From Magallana gigas (taxonomy: Eukaryota), in the NCBI RefSeq assembly GCF_963853765.1, contig NC_088855.1, positions 22,878,001-22,942,000 on the forward strand: DNA of 64,000 nucleotides. Direction: 5' to 3'. Both the position numbers and the translations under genes were made by a program. Below the pieces are notes generated by a model. The model was not told where the DNA came from. It saw only the letters and a list, made by a program, of their open reading frames with translations, and ran no database searches. Below are positions 1-12,859 of the stretch, piece by piece; within the stretch, counting starts at the first letter, position 1; every line of letters begins with the position of its first letter.

Positions 1-8
1 CAACTTAC

Positions 9-90
9 ATAAGTGGATATGCACTATTGAAGACGAGAATACAAACCTTGTTAACAAGAAATTCATATATGGTATGCGTGGCCCAAACAT
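9..90 (-). CDS. Possible first coding exon of a gene running off the left edge (hydrophobic leader-like peptide)
   Basis: Minus strand ATG at 90 reads MFGPRIPYMNFLLTRFVFSSSIVHIHL and is followed by a consensus GTAAGT donor at 8-3 (phase 1). An ETS-like ACTTCCTG lies at ~153-160. The rest of the gene is outside the window, so this cannot be verified. Confidence 0.3.
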
Positions 91-688
91 GACTGATCCT
101 GTTGAATGTTGTCACCTGATCAGAGTTGGAAAAAAATACGAGAGTTAACGTTACTTCCTGTTCTTATCTATCGACAGTGTCCGGTTGAAGCCGAAATTTG
201 GCTTATACTAGTATAATACCTCTCTAATTTTTTAAATTATACTTCAGTCTATTAAAAATCTATAAATCACGTACAAAATAAGACACTAATATAGCGAATC
301 AGTATTTTAGTTCGGAAATGTAATATGCATAATCAGCATTTAGTATTAATGACAAATTGTACCCTCTATCCCGGGTCATGACTTTTTTTTTATCAAATGC
401 TCTATTAAATGTTGTTATAAGAGGTAACTTTTATAGTTCATTAAGCATGTTGTTTACTTGGGATTATATAGTACTCAGATTGTTATAAAGTTCAATATTA
501 TGAGTAAAATTTGCTCTAAACACAAAAAGTATTAATAAAAAGAATTTTTTTTTACATAACATTAGTTATTTTTACTTTATTTTGGAATTAGACTCAACCA
601 AAATTGGGCCTTTAGCAAAACAGAGGAAATTCGGGCTAATTTTTTCTTCAGATTTTCTTTTTGTACTGAAATATATTTGACAGTACTA

Positions 689-790
689 TAAAAGCGAGCG
701 CAGCTCGCCGGCCCGCACCTCGGCGAGCGAAGCGAGCTCTAAGAACCAGAGTGCGCGGGAAAAAGAACGAGCTAAACCTACAGTATTTAA
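689..790. repeat. GC-rich palindromic end of an interspersed non-autonomous element
   Basis: AGCGAGCGCAGCTCGCCG...CGGCGAGCGAAGCGAGCT forms an imperfect inverted repeat in otherwise AT-rich DNA. The GCGAAGCGAG motif recalls ends of oyster non-autonomous DNA elements; family not determined. Confidence 0.35.
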
Positions 791-1411
791 AACAATATTT
801 TTTGTCTACGTCCCATAATGCTCTCTAATGTTTTCACCCGTGGTGCTATGCCAAAAATGGCCGACTTTCAACTCGTAATTTACGGTGTCTTAAAGTTTGA
901 AGACACGTTTTGAGTACCGCATATGCTTTTGCGAGACTCAAAAGATTTGTTACATGCTTCCATACCTTCGTATTGAGTCGAGAAACTAAAACAAAGACGA
1001 ACAAAGTCATGGATGACGTCACAGTGCTCTCTCGCTATATTTCCCGCGATAAATTTATAGGTGGATCAAACATCTGTAATGAGTGTACTAGCTATTTCAG
1101 TATAGAGTGCGATACCTGCCTCATTGACATATGATTTGTTTTTAATTTTTTTATATAGAGATTATATAAATATATACTAGTAAGAGCCATACTTTACTGT
1201 CATATCGATCCATTTTTAGACTAATTGTGCATGCATGTACAGTAGGCAGGTAAGTATATGAGTAGGGAGGAAAAAAAACAATAGGACATTTTAAACTAAA
1301 TAAAAAGGAATAAAATGAAAAAATAAACAGTCAAAAAATTTATGTAGATATTGCTTATAGTCAAACCATTAAATTTGAAAGTGGGAAATTTCACAACCTA
1401 CAAACAGGGAT

Positions 1412-1415
<4 letters not shown>

Positions 1416-1452
<37 letters not shown>
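1416..1452. repeat. (CT)n microsatellite
   Basis: Direct reading of the sequence. Confidence 0.95.
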
Positions 1453-1456
<4 letters not shown>

Positions 1457-4400
1457 GGAGAGGGGTAGGGGGTGGGGGTTATGCTGTATGTATCATAATC
1501 ATTAAAATTAATACCTTTGGCATACTTATTGTAGTGTAGTACTCTCTCAAAAATTCTTTCAAATACAATGTAACACAAAGTTGACAATGATGCAAGGTAT
1601 GTGTAATTCTTGCTGCGCTCGCCATAACGGTAGCACCGTAAAACATATTATTAAAAGCTAAAATTTTAATTGTTGGTCAACATGAATTTGCATACATGTA
1701 TTTTCTGTTCTTTTATTTCACTTTTTTCTTTAAAGAGACAAGGTGACGCACATCCTATGATCTACTAAATATCGAATTTTTACACGATTTCCATATATTT
1801 TATGAGGGACAATAAAAAAATACGAAGACAATGTGGCTGTCTATCATATATTATTAATGAAAGTCATACTTAACAGATTAATCTGTGCACAACACTTATG
1901 TTATTGATATGCGAAGTTTTAGTCCATCTGATGAAACGGTATTTTTGTTACCCCTTTTTAAAAACAACATGTTTTGTCACCACGGCGCACGGTAACGTCA
2001 AAACATGACGTCAAGATTAAAAACGCACAGTTTATAGATATACCCCATTTTTATATCACGCTTAGTCTGTTGTGCCTTTCTCCTTACAATTTAAAATGGC
2101 ACTGAACCACTTAACATCTTATTTGCACAAATTTGTTCGAGAATCATAAGTTAGTTCTTTAAAGTTTTCATTTTCTAACCGTGTTTCTCTTAGTTTACAG
2201 TAAGGATAACCCTGAACGTCGGTTGACGTTACTTATTGTTTTTATCAAATATTTACAGATATTCTACTCTCTTTCGGATGTTTTGTATTCAAAATACAAT
2301 TACTACCACCCCCACAAAATGTATTACAGTTAAACACAAACTTGCACATTAATTGTTGATTTATTTTTTGCACCATTGAGCATTTTCACAGCTTGTATCG
2401 GCTTTTCCATGAGTAAAATTCATTCTGTTTGTACTTCTCGTTGCGCCTCGCTGTCATAGTTTTTAGTGAATTCTAAAAAGGACTATCTGTCTTTAGTTAC
2501 TAATATCTGTTCGACAAAACAATATATCCCGTCATTATTTGGTGCATAGAATACCACCACACCAACTTTTGCTAAATTATGTCTACCAAATTAAGTAATG
2601 ATATGACGTTAAGTATCATAGCAATGACAAAAGTCTTTGTATTTTTTGATTGACCCTTAAAGATCTTTTCTCCAGCAATTCATTATTTATCGACAAATAA
2701 AATTTTAAAGAAGTAATTAAATAACTTGTGATTTATCAATGAACTCGTTACCTTCTGTTAAGGAAATTTGCATTGTAAAACGCTATTTAATATCTATCAA
2801 TACTGCTGTAGCCTTAAGAATCGAAGGAAATTCACAAACTGTATATTGTTAGATTGACAAAATAGATAAACTCTCAAGCCTGCAATGGATTTTTTTTTTT
2901 ACAAATTCTGTAAAATGTAGTATAGACTCGGTGACTGCATTTTGAACCACATGTGTACACTATCCATATTATATATAATGTGTACATATAAATTGCCATA
3001 TAAATAAACGCTTAAATTGTTGAAATTTTAAAAGTTTTTGTCTACATGCACAGCAATGCTATTGCAAAGCTGGGGCTAGTCGAACAATGTATATGGTAAG
3101 TTTGAACAGTTTATTTTATCTCTTTGGTTTTAATTTACAACATACTAGTAGAGAATATTACAAACATATACACAATATACACTTTACGCGTGAGTAGAGA
3201 AAAAAAAAATAAACAATTATAATGGCTCTCTACAAAATATAAATAAAGTATAAATGTATAATTTTTCTATGTAGATAAATATTTAGGAATTAATAACCAG
3301 GAGGTTTAGCCTTCTCGTTAACAATACTTATGGATTTACAAAACTTGCTTTATAAGGTAAGGACCGCACTGATACTGCAAAGGTTTAGTTTGTTGTACAA
3401 AAAGCGAATGTACGGACGAAGTATAAGGTTAATACTAAAAAGTAATAGCTTTCCTAAAAGATAAACAAAATCATTTCATTGGAAGAATGCTGCTGTTTAT
3501 ATTTTAGTCATTTAATTAAGAGAAGTAATCAGTCGTTCGGACGCAGGATTTATAACGTTCATTTATGTTATTTTCAATAAAATTAGTTTCTTATTTCAAA
3601 ATTGACAGTGAAATGAAAACAGTTCTACACGTACATGGCATGAAGATAGCAATATTCGAGGCCTTTCAATCACTTTCCAAGCAAAAGACTCTCAAAACAA
3701 TCAAATAAGCGCAAAATAAAAGGCATGCATGGTACATATGGTTTGCTTTCTCTTTTCCTTTTTTCATTTTCAATCTGAAGTTTGAAATTTTAACACGTCA
3801 ATGATTGTCACTTAATTTTTAACATTAGATTAAAAATTAGTAAAATACACATTACATGACAGAATTTTCTAAACCCATTTCTTTAGGCTTATAATGAGAT
3901 TACTAAAGTAAACATTTAATTAAGGGAATATTCCGCCACTTAACCGGAATATGATCTTAGAAAAATAAATATGATTTTAAAAAATCTTTATGAATAATAG
4001 ACGAACCCTAGCTGACCGTGAACATTATCTAATGTGGTTACTTGCCGTTAACCTTATACAGTTTCAAAGTAATAACATTTCTATAATGTACATGTACAGT
4101 GTACAGGTTGATATAACTATGCTTGTGTTTTCCTTCTTCTTAATTTCTTAAAATTACACATATGTGGGTGCAATTTTACCATGTCTTTGACGTTTTTAGT
4201 CTAATAATTTATTGTGCCGCCAAGTCGGACTTAATGCGGATTTAAGAACATGCTATGCATTTATAAATGTGCATGTAACGCCAAAAAATTTTATTTAAAT
4301 TTTAGCTGAAATTTAATTCTATCTCACATCAATCATGTTGATATGAAACACAACATATGTTAATTAAATGAATCAAAAAAAGACATTGCACAATTACTTC

Positions 4401-4469
4401 CTTTACTGCAAATAGTTGGTTTCAGTATCTGGAATCTAACTTTCATTTGTTAAATACAGAGGATGTGAA

Positions 4470-7400
4470 ATGAACCGGGGGATTTTCCTCGTCCTTGTGG
4501 CTTTAGCTGTATACGGTACAGGTAGGTGATTCATAGTACCCAGCTCGTTTATTTTAAGGCGGTGTGGGACACCTGTCGATATAATGTGGATTAAAGTACA
4601 TTTTAATTAAAATAATTTCATCATTTTAGAATTTTCACATTTTACAATATTTTATTTTTAGGTAAGAATTATAAAAGACCCAGTGGAATTCGAACTCATG
4701 ACTGACAGATTCGTAGGTAACACTCTAAATCCACTGCGCTACACTGTTAGGTAGCAATTTCGGGAAAGGAAAAAAAATTAAAACTATACTTGATTTCATT
4801 GTTTATTTCGATATATTTATATCTACCGAGAATGATTCTCTCTATTTCATAGGGAAAGTTAATGTAAATTCATAGCTCTATAGAAACTTAAGAACTGAAA
4901 GCTACACGCCCCGTTTATCGATTGGTCGAAACCTACAGCAACTGAAACTGACAGGACTGAAATCTACACGCCCCATTTACCTACAGCGACCTAAGAAAAA
5001 TCACGGACTGCATGAAATATTTATGATGATGTCATACTCAAATTCCCATAGGAGACGATTTGGCTATTTCTTTTAGCTAACGTATTGATGTACATTAACA
5101 GTAATTTAGTTAATTTAACTTATATCATGCAATCAATTTATTAATTTGTTAAAAGACAGATGTAAGTATGAAAAATAAAATGCTCATTTTGATGATTCGT
5201 GCGGGTTATGAAGGTATACGTAGCGATCCCTGCAGAAAAAACTTTATATAACCCGCTAACGCGGATTATGTATATTTTCTGCAATGTCTCCACCTTCATA
5301 TCCCGCATGACTCACCAAAGAAAGCATTTTATTGTTCAGATAAAGTACGTCATAATATGGAGGTGTCCCATGAATCTGCACATCTCGTCAAAGTCGGCAC
5401 GAAAAACATTTGTAAAGGGGATCATTTAATTGCTTGTGAAAAGAAAACTCTGTATACAGTTACCTTAATCAAGTACCCCACGGAGTTCTCAAAGAGTTGA
5501 CAGCCGGTGACGTGTTCTCTTTTCATTTTCAAAACTTAACGGTATATAATTTTGAATTATTCTTTGTGCATTTATATCAAAAGCCCATGACAAAGCAATT
5601 TTCTGAGTTTTTTGACATTTTCGTTAGGCACAATTAAGAAGAAAACTTTAGAAAAATGTCAAACTTGTATAATTTTTGCATTTTAAGAATAAATGAAAAT
5701 AATGACAATTTTCTGTATAAATTCTTAGATGCCGGGAGACGGAAGCGAGATTTGACCCAGTTCGGTCATATGATCTATTCGTCCACTGGCCGTGACCCCT
5801 TTGAGTTCATCGACTATGGAAATTGGTGCGGTCTCGGCGGAAACGGAAGTGTGATAGACGCCATTGATGAGTATGTAATTGTATTGGTCAGTACCAATTT
5901 TTTAATTAAAAAACTGTGGGAAACGGGGACAAAGTATTAGATTGAAGCGCCCTCAAGGAGAATCCAGTCGATAATTATAGATATAGAATTGAGGATCTAG
6001 GAATCATTCTTTGACTTTAATTTTATAGGGATAAACACATATACCAAGTATGATTCCTTCCATTTCTTACGGAAACTTATAGTTAATTCATAGCTCTATA
6101 GAAACAGTCAGACTGAAATCTACACGCCCTGTTTATCAATTGATCGAAACCTACAGCGAACTAAGAAAAAATCCCGGACTGCACAAAATAATCATGATGA
6201 TGATGATGATGTCAGACTCAAAATGTCCACAGGAGACGATTTGGCTGTTTCTTGAAGCTTAAGTACTGATATACATTAACAGTAATTTAGTTATTTTAAC
6301 ACACTTCTTGCAATCAATTAATTACTAGTAATTTGTGTAAAGAAAGATGTATTATGTATTTTTTCTACAATGATGCCACCTTCATATCCAGCCTGAATCA
6401 AAATCAGGTTATTTTATTTTTCAATATTTTCTTGCAATCTTTATAAATTTTCAGATGCTGTTTTCATCATGATAATTGCTATGCCGTAATCATTGGAAGA
6501 CCAGCATGTGGAAGTGTTTACACCACCAAATACAACTTCAATATCAGCAAAGGGGAAATCGAGTGTCGTGAGTATACAGTCGTAATACATGTATATTAAT
6601 TTCATGTTTATATTCAATACTCTTAAAATGACAAATATAAGAAACATGTATGGATTGTATTAGATACCGAAATCCCCTGACTTAAATTTCGTGTATTCTA
6701 TGAATATTTATTATATAATTACCGCTACTTGCTGCATAAACATAAAGTAATCAAAGTGCGAAATTTATTCCTTGAAGGAGTTGAACTTTTCAAACCAGTG
6801 ACGGAAAATTTGAATCAAATCGTTCATGCACTGCCTAGCAAGTTGAAAAGGATCATAGCTAAATCAAAATCTTAATGAAAACAATTTTAGAGCTGATACA
6901 TGTATACATTTACTGAAAATACATAAAGTTTTGATTCTCCATTTTTACAAATATTTTCTACAAATTGCAGAATATAAGCAATTAACAGGTCTAGATTTTG
7001 ATTTTATCATCAAACACGTGCATTTAATTTACTTCATAAACAAATGAATAAATCGGTGCACACATTGATGTAACCCATCCAAATAATAAGTTTCTCCTGT
7101 AAATCCCCGCGCTTTAAGTGGCTTGGGGAAATTTAAGTACTTTGGATACAAGTTAAAAAGATAAAAAAATGTAAGTAAAACGCCATTTAATTAATATTAG
7201 ACAAGCCACTTTACACGTAGCATTATTAGAATCACTCTAAGAGTATTATGAGGTGGTCAGGGGTGATCAAATCTAAATTAAATACAGTCCGAGAGGCTTT
7301 ATGATATATTTGATCACGCCCGACCTTATTTGAGCATCACATCATATTCAAAGAATGATTTCTTATTACTTTTTTGTGTACTGCGTCATCAAAAAGTGGT

Positions 7401-7700
7401 GTATAGAGCCACCTTAAACAAAGACACTGGAGGAATATAAAATGGAGAATGTAATTATATAATCATCACTCTCTGGCATCATGGATAATGAAAAAGTCGA
7501 AATAAATCTTCTTCTTTTTTGTAGATGACGAACGTCCCTGTGAGAGGGCGCTGTGTAACTGTGACAGAAGGGCATCACTATGTTTCCATGCCAACCGTAA
7601 GGCCTACAACAGTACAAACAAAGGAATACTGGCGAAACTCATTTCAAAGTTATTAGAAGGCTTCTCCATAAAAAAAAGAATTCCAATTCAAGCAGAATGA
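4470..7700 (+). CDS. Secreted phospholipase A2 (group I/II-like fold), 160 aa, 4 coding exons
   Basis: Exons 4470-4521, 5729-5870, 6455-6567, 7525-7700 (483 nt, GT-AG, phases 1/2/1). Signal peptide MNRGIFLVLVALAVYGT; RRKR processing site before DLTQFGHMI; Ca-binding loop YGNWCGLGG; catalytic CCFHHDNC; catalytic Asp in CNCDRRA; 10 Cys in the mature domain. Confidence 0.93.
4558..4815. mobile_element. Truncated Kolobok-like non-autonomous element with tRNA-like core
   Basis: TTAA at 4554-4557, then GGCGGTGTGGGACAC, homologous along its length to the complete copy at 42518-42834. Reverse-strand A/B-box segment at ~4680-4750. Right end not found. Confidence 0.65.
4865..5165. repeat. Interspersed repeat, copy 1 (PLA2 coding intron 1)
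   Basis: TTCATAGCTCTATAGAAAC...CTGAAA(G/T)CTACACGCCC...GGAGACGATTTGGCT...ACATTAACAGTAATTTAG is shared with 6085-6360. Confidence 0.8.
6085..6360. repeat. Interspersed repeat, copy 2 (PLA2 coding intron 2)
   Basis: Direct-orientation homologue of 4865-5165. Confidence 0.8.
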
Positions 7701-8579
7701 TTGAAATGAAAATAAAAATTGAAATGATACATAATGATAGCATGGGAAATGATATTATGATTAAAAAAACCTAAAATTTCATACAACCATTGAGTTGTTA
7801 AGTATTCTAAATAGCATGTGAAATTATGTTTTTATACACATTTAAACGACAGACGTATAAGCAGTTTATCATATCGCACTTTGTGCGTCACCTGCTGAAC
7901 TGTTGTCAACACATGTACCTTATTGTATTAGGGGAAATGTCCTATACCATTTCTATCATCAAACTACAATCTATTATGTACACAGATTTAAAACAGATTT
8001 ATTTTCTACGGAGATAAAAGCGTTACAGCTTAAATAATGATACTTAAGATTTAAATCTTATTAAGAGGAGAGGTATTTATCTGTACATTTATATATTGAA
8101 GCAATGCAAGGGTTGCCAATCGTTCGGAAGTCATATGAAAGGAGAGTAATGGCAAAACCAGTTCACAAGGTTAATATTTGGGTGAAAATTTAAACTTCCT
8201 AAAAATGTAGATAAAGCACCTTATGTGATAGTTATATACATTTGTAGATATGAAAATTAGAGGAAAAAGCATGTATTCTTCTATAATTGACATCTTGATA
8301 CAAAAATAAAACTTTTTACGAATGATAGCAAATACAGACTTTTCAGATACATTTGTACTTAATGTTTGTTGCACAAAACTAATTATAGGTAGTATGTCCA
8401 GGCAGAAGTAAATCTAATGATCGACTGCTTCGAGAATTTTCCTATCCCCCAATATTCAAGATCCAAGGGACCAGCGTCCATATCTAATAAAGTTAAACAA
8501 TAATCTAATCATTCCTTATGTCTGTCTCTGAAGCACCAGTACTGTTACAAAATAATTATTTCCAGAAAGAATGTATGGC

Positions 8580-8765
8580 AGAGATGTGTGTCCTCCGCGG
8601 ATCCAGAAAAAAAATTTCGGGGGGGGGGGGGTGGGGTTCCAAATCTATGTTTGCTAAGGGATCCAAGACATATTTTTCTTCATTTAACTATGTAAATTTA
8701 AGAAATTTGCATTTTCCAGGTGTGGGGGAGGGGTCCGGACCACCCCCTCCCGATCCACACATGTT
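8580..8765. mobile_element. Short MITE-like element
   Basis: Left end CGCGGATCCAG plus a poly-G run; right end poly-C plus GATCCACACATG, forming imperfect terminal inverted repeats. Confidence 0.45.
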
Positions 8766-9937
8766 AGGAATGCCGACAGGGATCTGTTTGCAGTCCTAGA
8801 CTTTGAACCGTCTCATCCTAAAATGGTTGCTCTTCTGTGTTACTATAATAACGGATGTTACTCGTGTATACAGATTAACATCTTCATCTCGCCAATGGTA
8901 TAAACCAATAAGCAAGGGTCTTGTACCTGGAAATATTCATTTTGAGGTCAATATATAGTTTGAGAATTAATCGATTTTATAAGTAAGTTTACTTAAATAA
9001 TTTTGACATTCCACTATAAATCTTGCGCCGAGAATAAAAGATATTTATTTCGAAATGGCTCATTTTTAAAAATCTTTTTTTTGTATTGTAATTGGCTTGA
9101 AAAAAAAATGAAAGGATATCAGGATTTGTCAATGGCCATATCTTTGAGTTAGAAATTATCTTTTAAAAATCTAATTATCAAAACCAGTGAATGTGTAATT
9201 GTCAGTATACGGTTTCAGGAGATTTTGGGCAAGCTCTTTAAAAAATCTGTATCATCATATTCATTCTCTTCTTGGTAAAGTTCAAATTTCACCCTCTGGT
9301 GTATTATCGAACTCTTTCGTAGTGCTAAATAACAACACTGTATAAATTCAGTGTAATATCTTGTGTTATACAACTCGCTTTGTTGGTTATGTCATCAAAG
9401 TTTGCCTTTCTTTCGTTTTGTATCTTCTTTTACTTAACACTTATACTCTTGTATTTTGCATTGCCACATTCTTTATGCTAAATTTTTGCAAAGCGGAATA
9501 TCTATACATGTATATAGAACATTTCATTTATTGGATTGTTTTTGGTCTAGTTTCCACGATGCACCACAGATCCCTTCCAATCACGATTTGCTGACAATGT
9601 TTCTGCAATCCATACTGGTCAGGTGTAGTTTTTTCTTGTTGTATTAACGAATTATTTAAAGATCTCCTACTTTTACCACACAAGAATGAAATGTCTGACA
9701 ACAGATTAGTTAGAATACAGTTGTAATACAACCGATCTTTTTAACAATTCCGTGTGTAAATAGCTAAGAGATATTTAACAATTCAATACCAATCAGTTAT
9801 TCTGATCAGTCCATTTAAGAAGCAGACTAGCTTTGATAAAGAGTGAGATTTTAAAGGTTTTCGATTTGGAAAAAAGTTGTGAGCAAGAAGTATCGTACTG
9901 AAAAAAAGTTAACCGGTTCTATTGGGGGAAAATTACA

Positions 9938-11167
9938 ATGATGGCAGTGCTAGGTATCGTTATTTCCATGCTTCTGTTACCGGGGCAGTCTTTTGGCGGT
10001 ACGTCGACGGACTACGACAACCTTTACAACACCATCTTGACAGGATACAACAAAGATGGCAGACCAGTACTGGACCAGGGCACTGCCATAAATGTCACGA
10101 TATCCTTCACCCTGATCACCATTGCCAACTTGGACGAAGTTACGAGCGAGATGATCACTGTCGGAAGCTTCACCATCGCTTGGAAAGACGAAAAACTCCG
10201 TTGGACTCCATCCTCGCACGGGAACACTTTAACGCTAACTATTGATGAGTCCGTGGTGTGGAAACCTTCAATGACTTTCCTTAACCCCATGTCAACCAAC
10301 GTGGGCCTTCTCGGCATGAAGCAGTCTAGAATTAAATATTTCGAAGATGGGTCCGCCTATTGGATGATTGCTGATCGGTATCAAACAACCTGTGATTTTG
10401 ACACCAGATATTTTCCTTTCGATGAGCAAACATGTGACATGAGAGTCATGGCTTGGGATTACTCTACACAGGAAGTTTTAATGTATCCAGAAAAAACTAC
10501 TGTCGACCTAAACCATTTCAGTGAAAACGGAGCTTGGGAGCTGGTGTCCACTGAGACCAGAACTGAGACTCTTTCGACCTTTTCTGTTGTCGTGTTTAGT
10601 CTGAAACTGAAGAGGCGGGCTATGTTTTTCGTTACCAATCTTCTGATCCCCGTGTTTACGATTTTGATGTTGAACACTTTGGTATTCATTTTGCCATCAG
10701 ACAGCGGTGAGCGCGTGGGCTACTCCATCACGTGTCTCCTAGCTTTGGCGGTTTTTCTTACTTATGTGTCAGAAGGTCTTCCGCAAGTTTCTAAACCTAT
10801 GCCGGTGATGGGGTACGTGTTGACCGTGTATTTACTTATCTCTGCATTAATTTGTGTGGAGACGATATTTATCTTGCGTTTGCACCATAAAGACGAGAAC
10901 GAACAAATGTCTCCTTTTTTCACAAAAATATACAATATTCTTACTTGTTCGACCTGTAAGAAAAGGTCAGGAGCTGTCGAAACATCCTCGTCGCACATCG
11001 ACTTAGAAAAAGTGAAGGAATTCAATGACGAAAAGAAACCAGAGCCATTGTCACTCACATGGAAGAAACTTTCATCCCGTTTGGACAAGATATGTTTCAT
11101 TAGCAACTTGTCTGTTGTAGTCTTTGTTGCTGTTATATTTTTTCTGCTTGTGACTGTGAAGTTGTAA
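9938..11167 (+). CDS. Intronless Cys-loop ligand-gated ion channel, nAChR-like non-alpha subunit (copy A), 409 aa
   Basis: Single ORF with signal peptide; Cys-loop CDFDTRYFPFDEQTC; WKP motif; four TM helices; M2 GERVGYSITCLLALAVFLT; short M3-M4 loop; no vicinal Cys pair in loop C. Confidence 0.96.
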   Translation: MMAVLGIVISMLLLPGQSFGGTSTDYDNLYNTILTGYNKDGRPVLDQGTAINVTISFTLITIANLDEVTSEMITVGSFTIAWKDEKLRWTPSSHGNTLTLTIDESVVWKPSMTFLNPMSTNVGLLGMKQSRIKYFEDGSAYWMIADRYQTTCDFDTRYFPFDEQTCDMRVMAWDYSTQEVLMYPEKTTVDLNHFSENGAWELVSTETRTETLSTFSVVVFSLKLKRRAMFFVTNLLIPVFTILMLNTLVFILPSDSGERVGYSITCLLALAVFLTYVSEGLPQVSKPMPVMGYVLTVYLLISALICVETIFILRLHHKDENEQMSPFFTKIYNILTCSTCKKRSGAVETSSSHIDLEKVKEFNDEKKPEPLSLTWKKLSSRLDKICFISNLSVVVFVAVIFFLLVTVKL

Positions 11168-11639
11168 GTGGGGAAATTCTATTATTTGACAATTTTACTC
11201 TTGATGCTTCTCTTAGTTCAATCCTGGGTATCAAAGGATGATCAAGCAATGTTAACCATTTCACAAATTAATAAGATATAGGTAAATCACCATTTCTAAT
11301 TAGTTCGCTTACAAAGCTTTTGTGAAAAGAATGATATTCCAGTACCTGGCAAATCAGAGTGTACAAAGAAGTCATCTGAAGGGCGGTGTTTATTTGACTA
11401 TTAATTAGACATCAATGCAGAAAACTAACATAAAAAATAGCAACACAGAGAAACGAAGATAAAACGGGTTTCCATAAAATAATGCATCGGATTTTATTGC
11501 AAGATACTTCTTATAAATGAAGATAGCTAGAGATTGATATCATGAACTACGTTTTTTTTTCTCTCTCTAAAAAATGTTACACATTGCAATATCGCATACA
11601 TTAGCATACAATGGTGTTAAAAGTTCACGATTTCTATTA

Positions 11640-11826
11640 AAGTACCAATCGCGATGGTTTTAATTTCACGCTGCTTAAAAATCAATTGATCAGAATATAA
11701 GCATTGAAACGTTTTTGAAAACTAATGATAGTATTCACGATGGGTTTAATTTCGCGGGAAAATATTTAATCGCATAATATACATAGTGAAATTAAAACCA
11801 TCGTGATTATTTGCCAATCTACAGTA
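11640..11826. mobile_element. Tc1/mariner-type MITE remnant
   Basis: GCGATGGTTTTAATTTCAC (~11650) is the inverse of GTGAAATTAAAACCATCG (~11786); right end is ...CTACAGTA. Confidence 0.45.
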
Positions 11827-12410
11827 TCAGATCCACACTGACCAAATTTTGATAGCAGTGAATACTTGGGGCTAGGATAGTATTGTAAATTGGTTGTGTT
11901 TTCATGGTTGTCAAACACCTTTGGTTCTTTTCAAGGTTAGATACAAACATTTTCAATTCGTTAAATGATAAAGTCTAAACGAGACAATTTTCATTTCAAT
12001 AATCATACAGACGGTATCGATTGGTGATATGATTGTTATGTAGGCATGACATCAACCAATATCATGTAATGTATTAAATAAAACAATTGCCTGTTCTGAA
12101 ATAAACTTTGACTAATTACTATGACTTTTTAATCATATTGGTCGGATCGCAATTTTCAGATTTGTTATTCCACTGTATTAACTTTCTTTTGTACTTCAGT
12201 CAACATTACATTTCTTTGAACTCAAATTGTTTTTGTGGTTTACATCTAAGTACATCTAGTTTTTACAAACTTAAGTTAAATGACGTTCTTTTTGACAAGC
12301 ATGGCTTGAATGTGATGTGTAAAATATTACAGCTAAAGATAGTTACTTAAAATATAAAGGATTTTTAAAAACCAAAATGCTCTAGATGAAATGATATTTT
12401 ATACTTTTAA

Positions 12411-12859
12411 GGTCAGACGACACGTTCCTCGAGATTCTTTTTTGTATCTCCTCGTAATAAAGAGTTCCAATAAAAAACATTAATTTTATAATTACTTTAA
12501 AAATGATCAAAATTTACTTGAATTTGGTTATGTGTGTACATGGTCGAGTGGTTAGAACCGTGGCCACTCACTGCCAGAAGCGTATAGGTTCTAGAAGTCG
12601 TGAGTTTAAATCCCCGCCCCGGCGGAGATATATTTCTTATTTAGTGAATTTCGATGTGCTGTAGATGTATTTATCTTTATATCAGCAATTCAAGTGTATT
12701 TTCAAGAAGATTATATAGGAAATTGCATACTCTAGTATTTTCCAGAAATGCTTGGTAAGGTACCCTAATTTTTTGCAAGAAAGCTTGTCAAAGTAGTAGT
12801 AAACCATTAAAAAATTCCTGGAAAAAGTTATCTAAAATTGAGAAACGTGTCGTCTGACC
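12411..12859. mobile_element. Kolobok-like TIR element (449 bp) with TTAA target duplication and internal tRNA-like cassette
   Basis: TTAA at 12407-12410 and 12860-12863. TIRs GGTCAGACGACACGTTCCTC / GAGAAACGTGTCGTCTGACC. Internal TGGTCGAGTGGTTAG (A box) and GTGAGTTTAAATCCC (B-box-like) at ~12541-12625. Confidence 0.8.

Noticed and set aside
1453-1480. G-quadruplex or H-DNA next to the (CT)n tract
   Set aside because: Only three clear G-runs and no functional context; such tracts are common in this genome.
9922-11106. ORFs 9922-10245, 9977-10219, 10024-10317, 10459-10689, 10762-11106 and the equivalents over 16847-18118
   Set aside because: Alternative-frame or antisense shadows of the nAChR-like CDSs with no independent motifs.
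12541-12630. Functional tRNA genes here and at ~4680-4750, ~36935-37000 and ~42662-42730
   Set aside because: A/B boxes are present but the acceptor and anticodon stems are broken, and all lie inside TIR-bounded elements.
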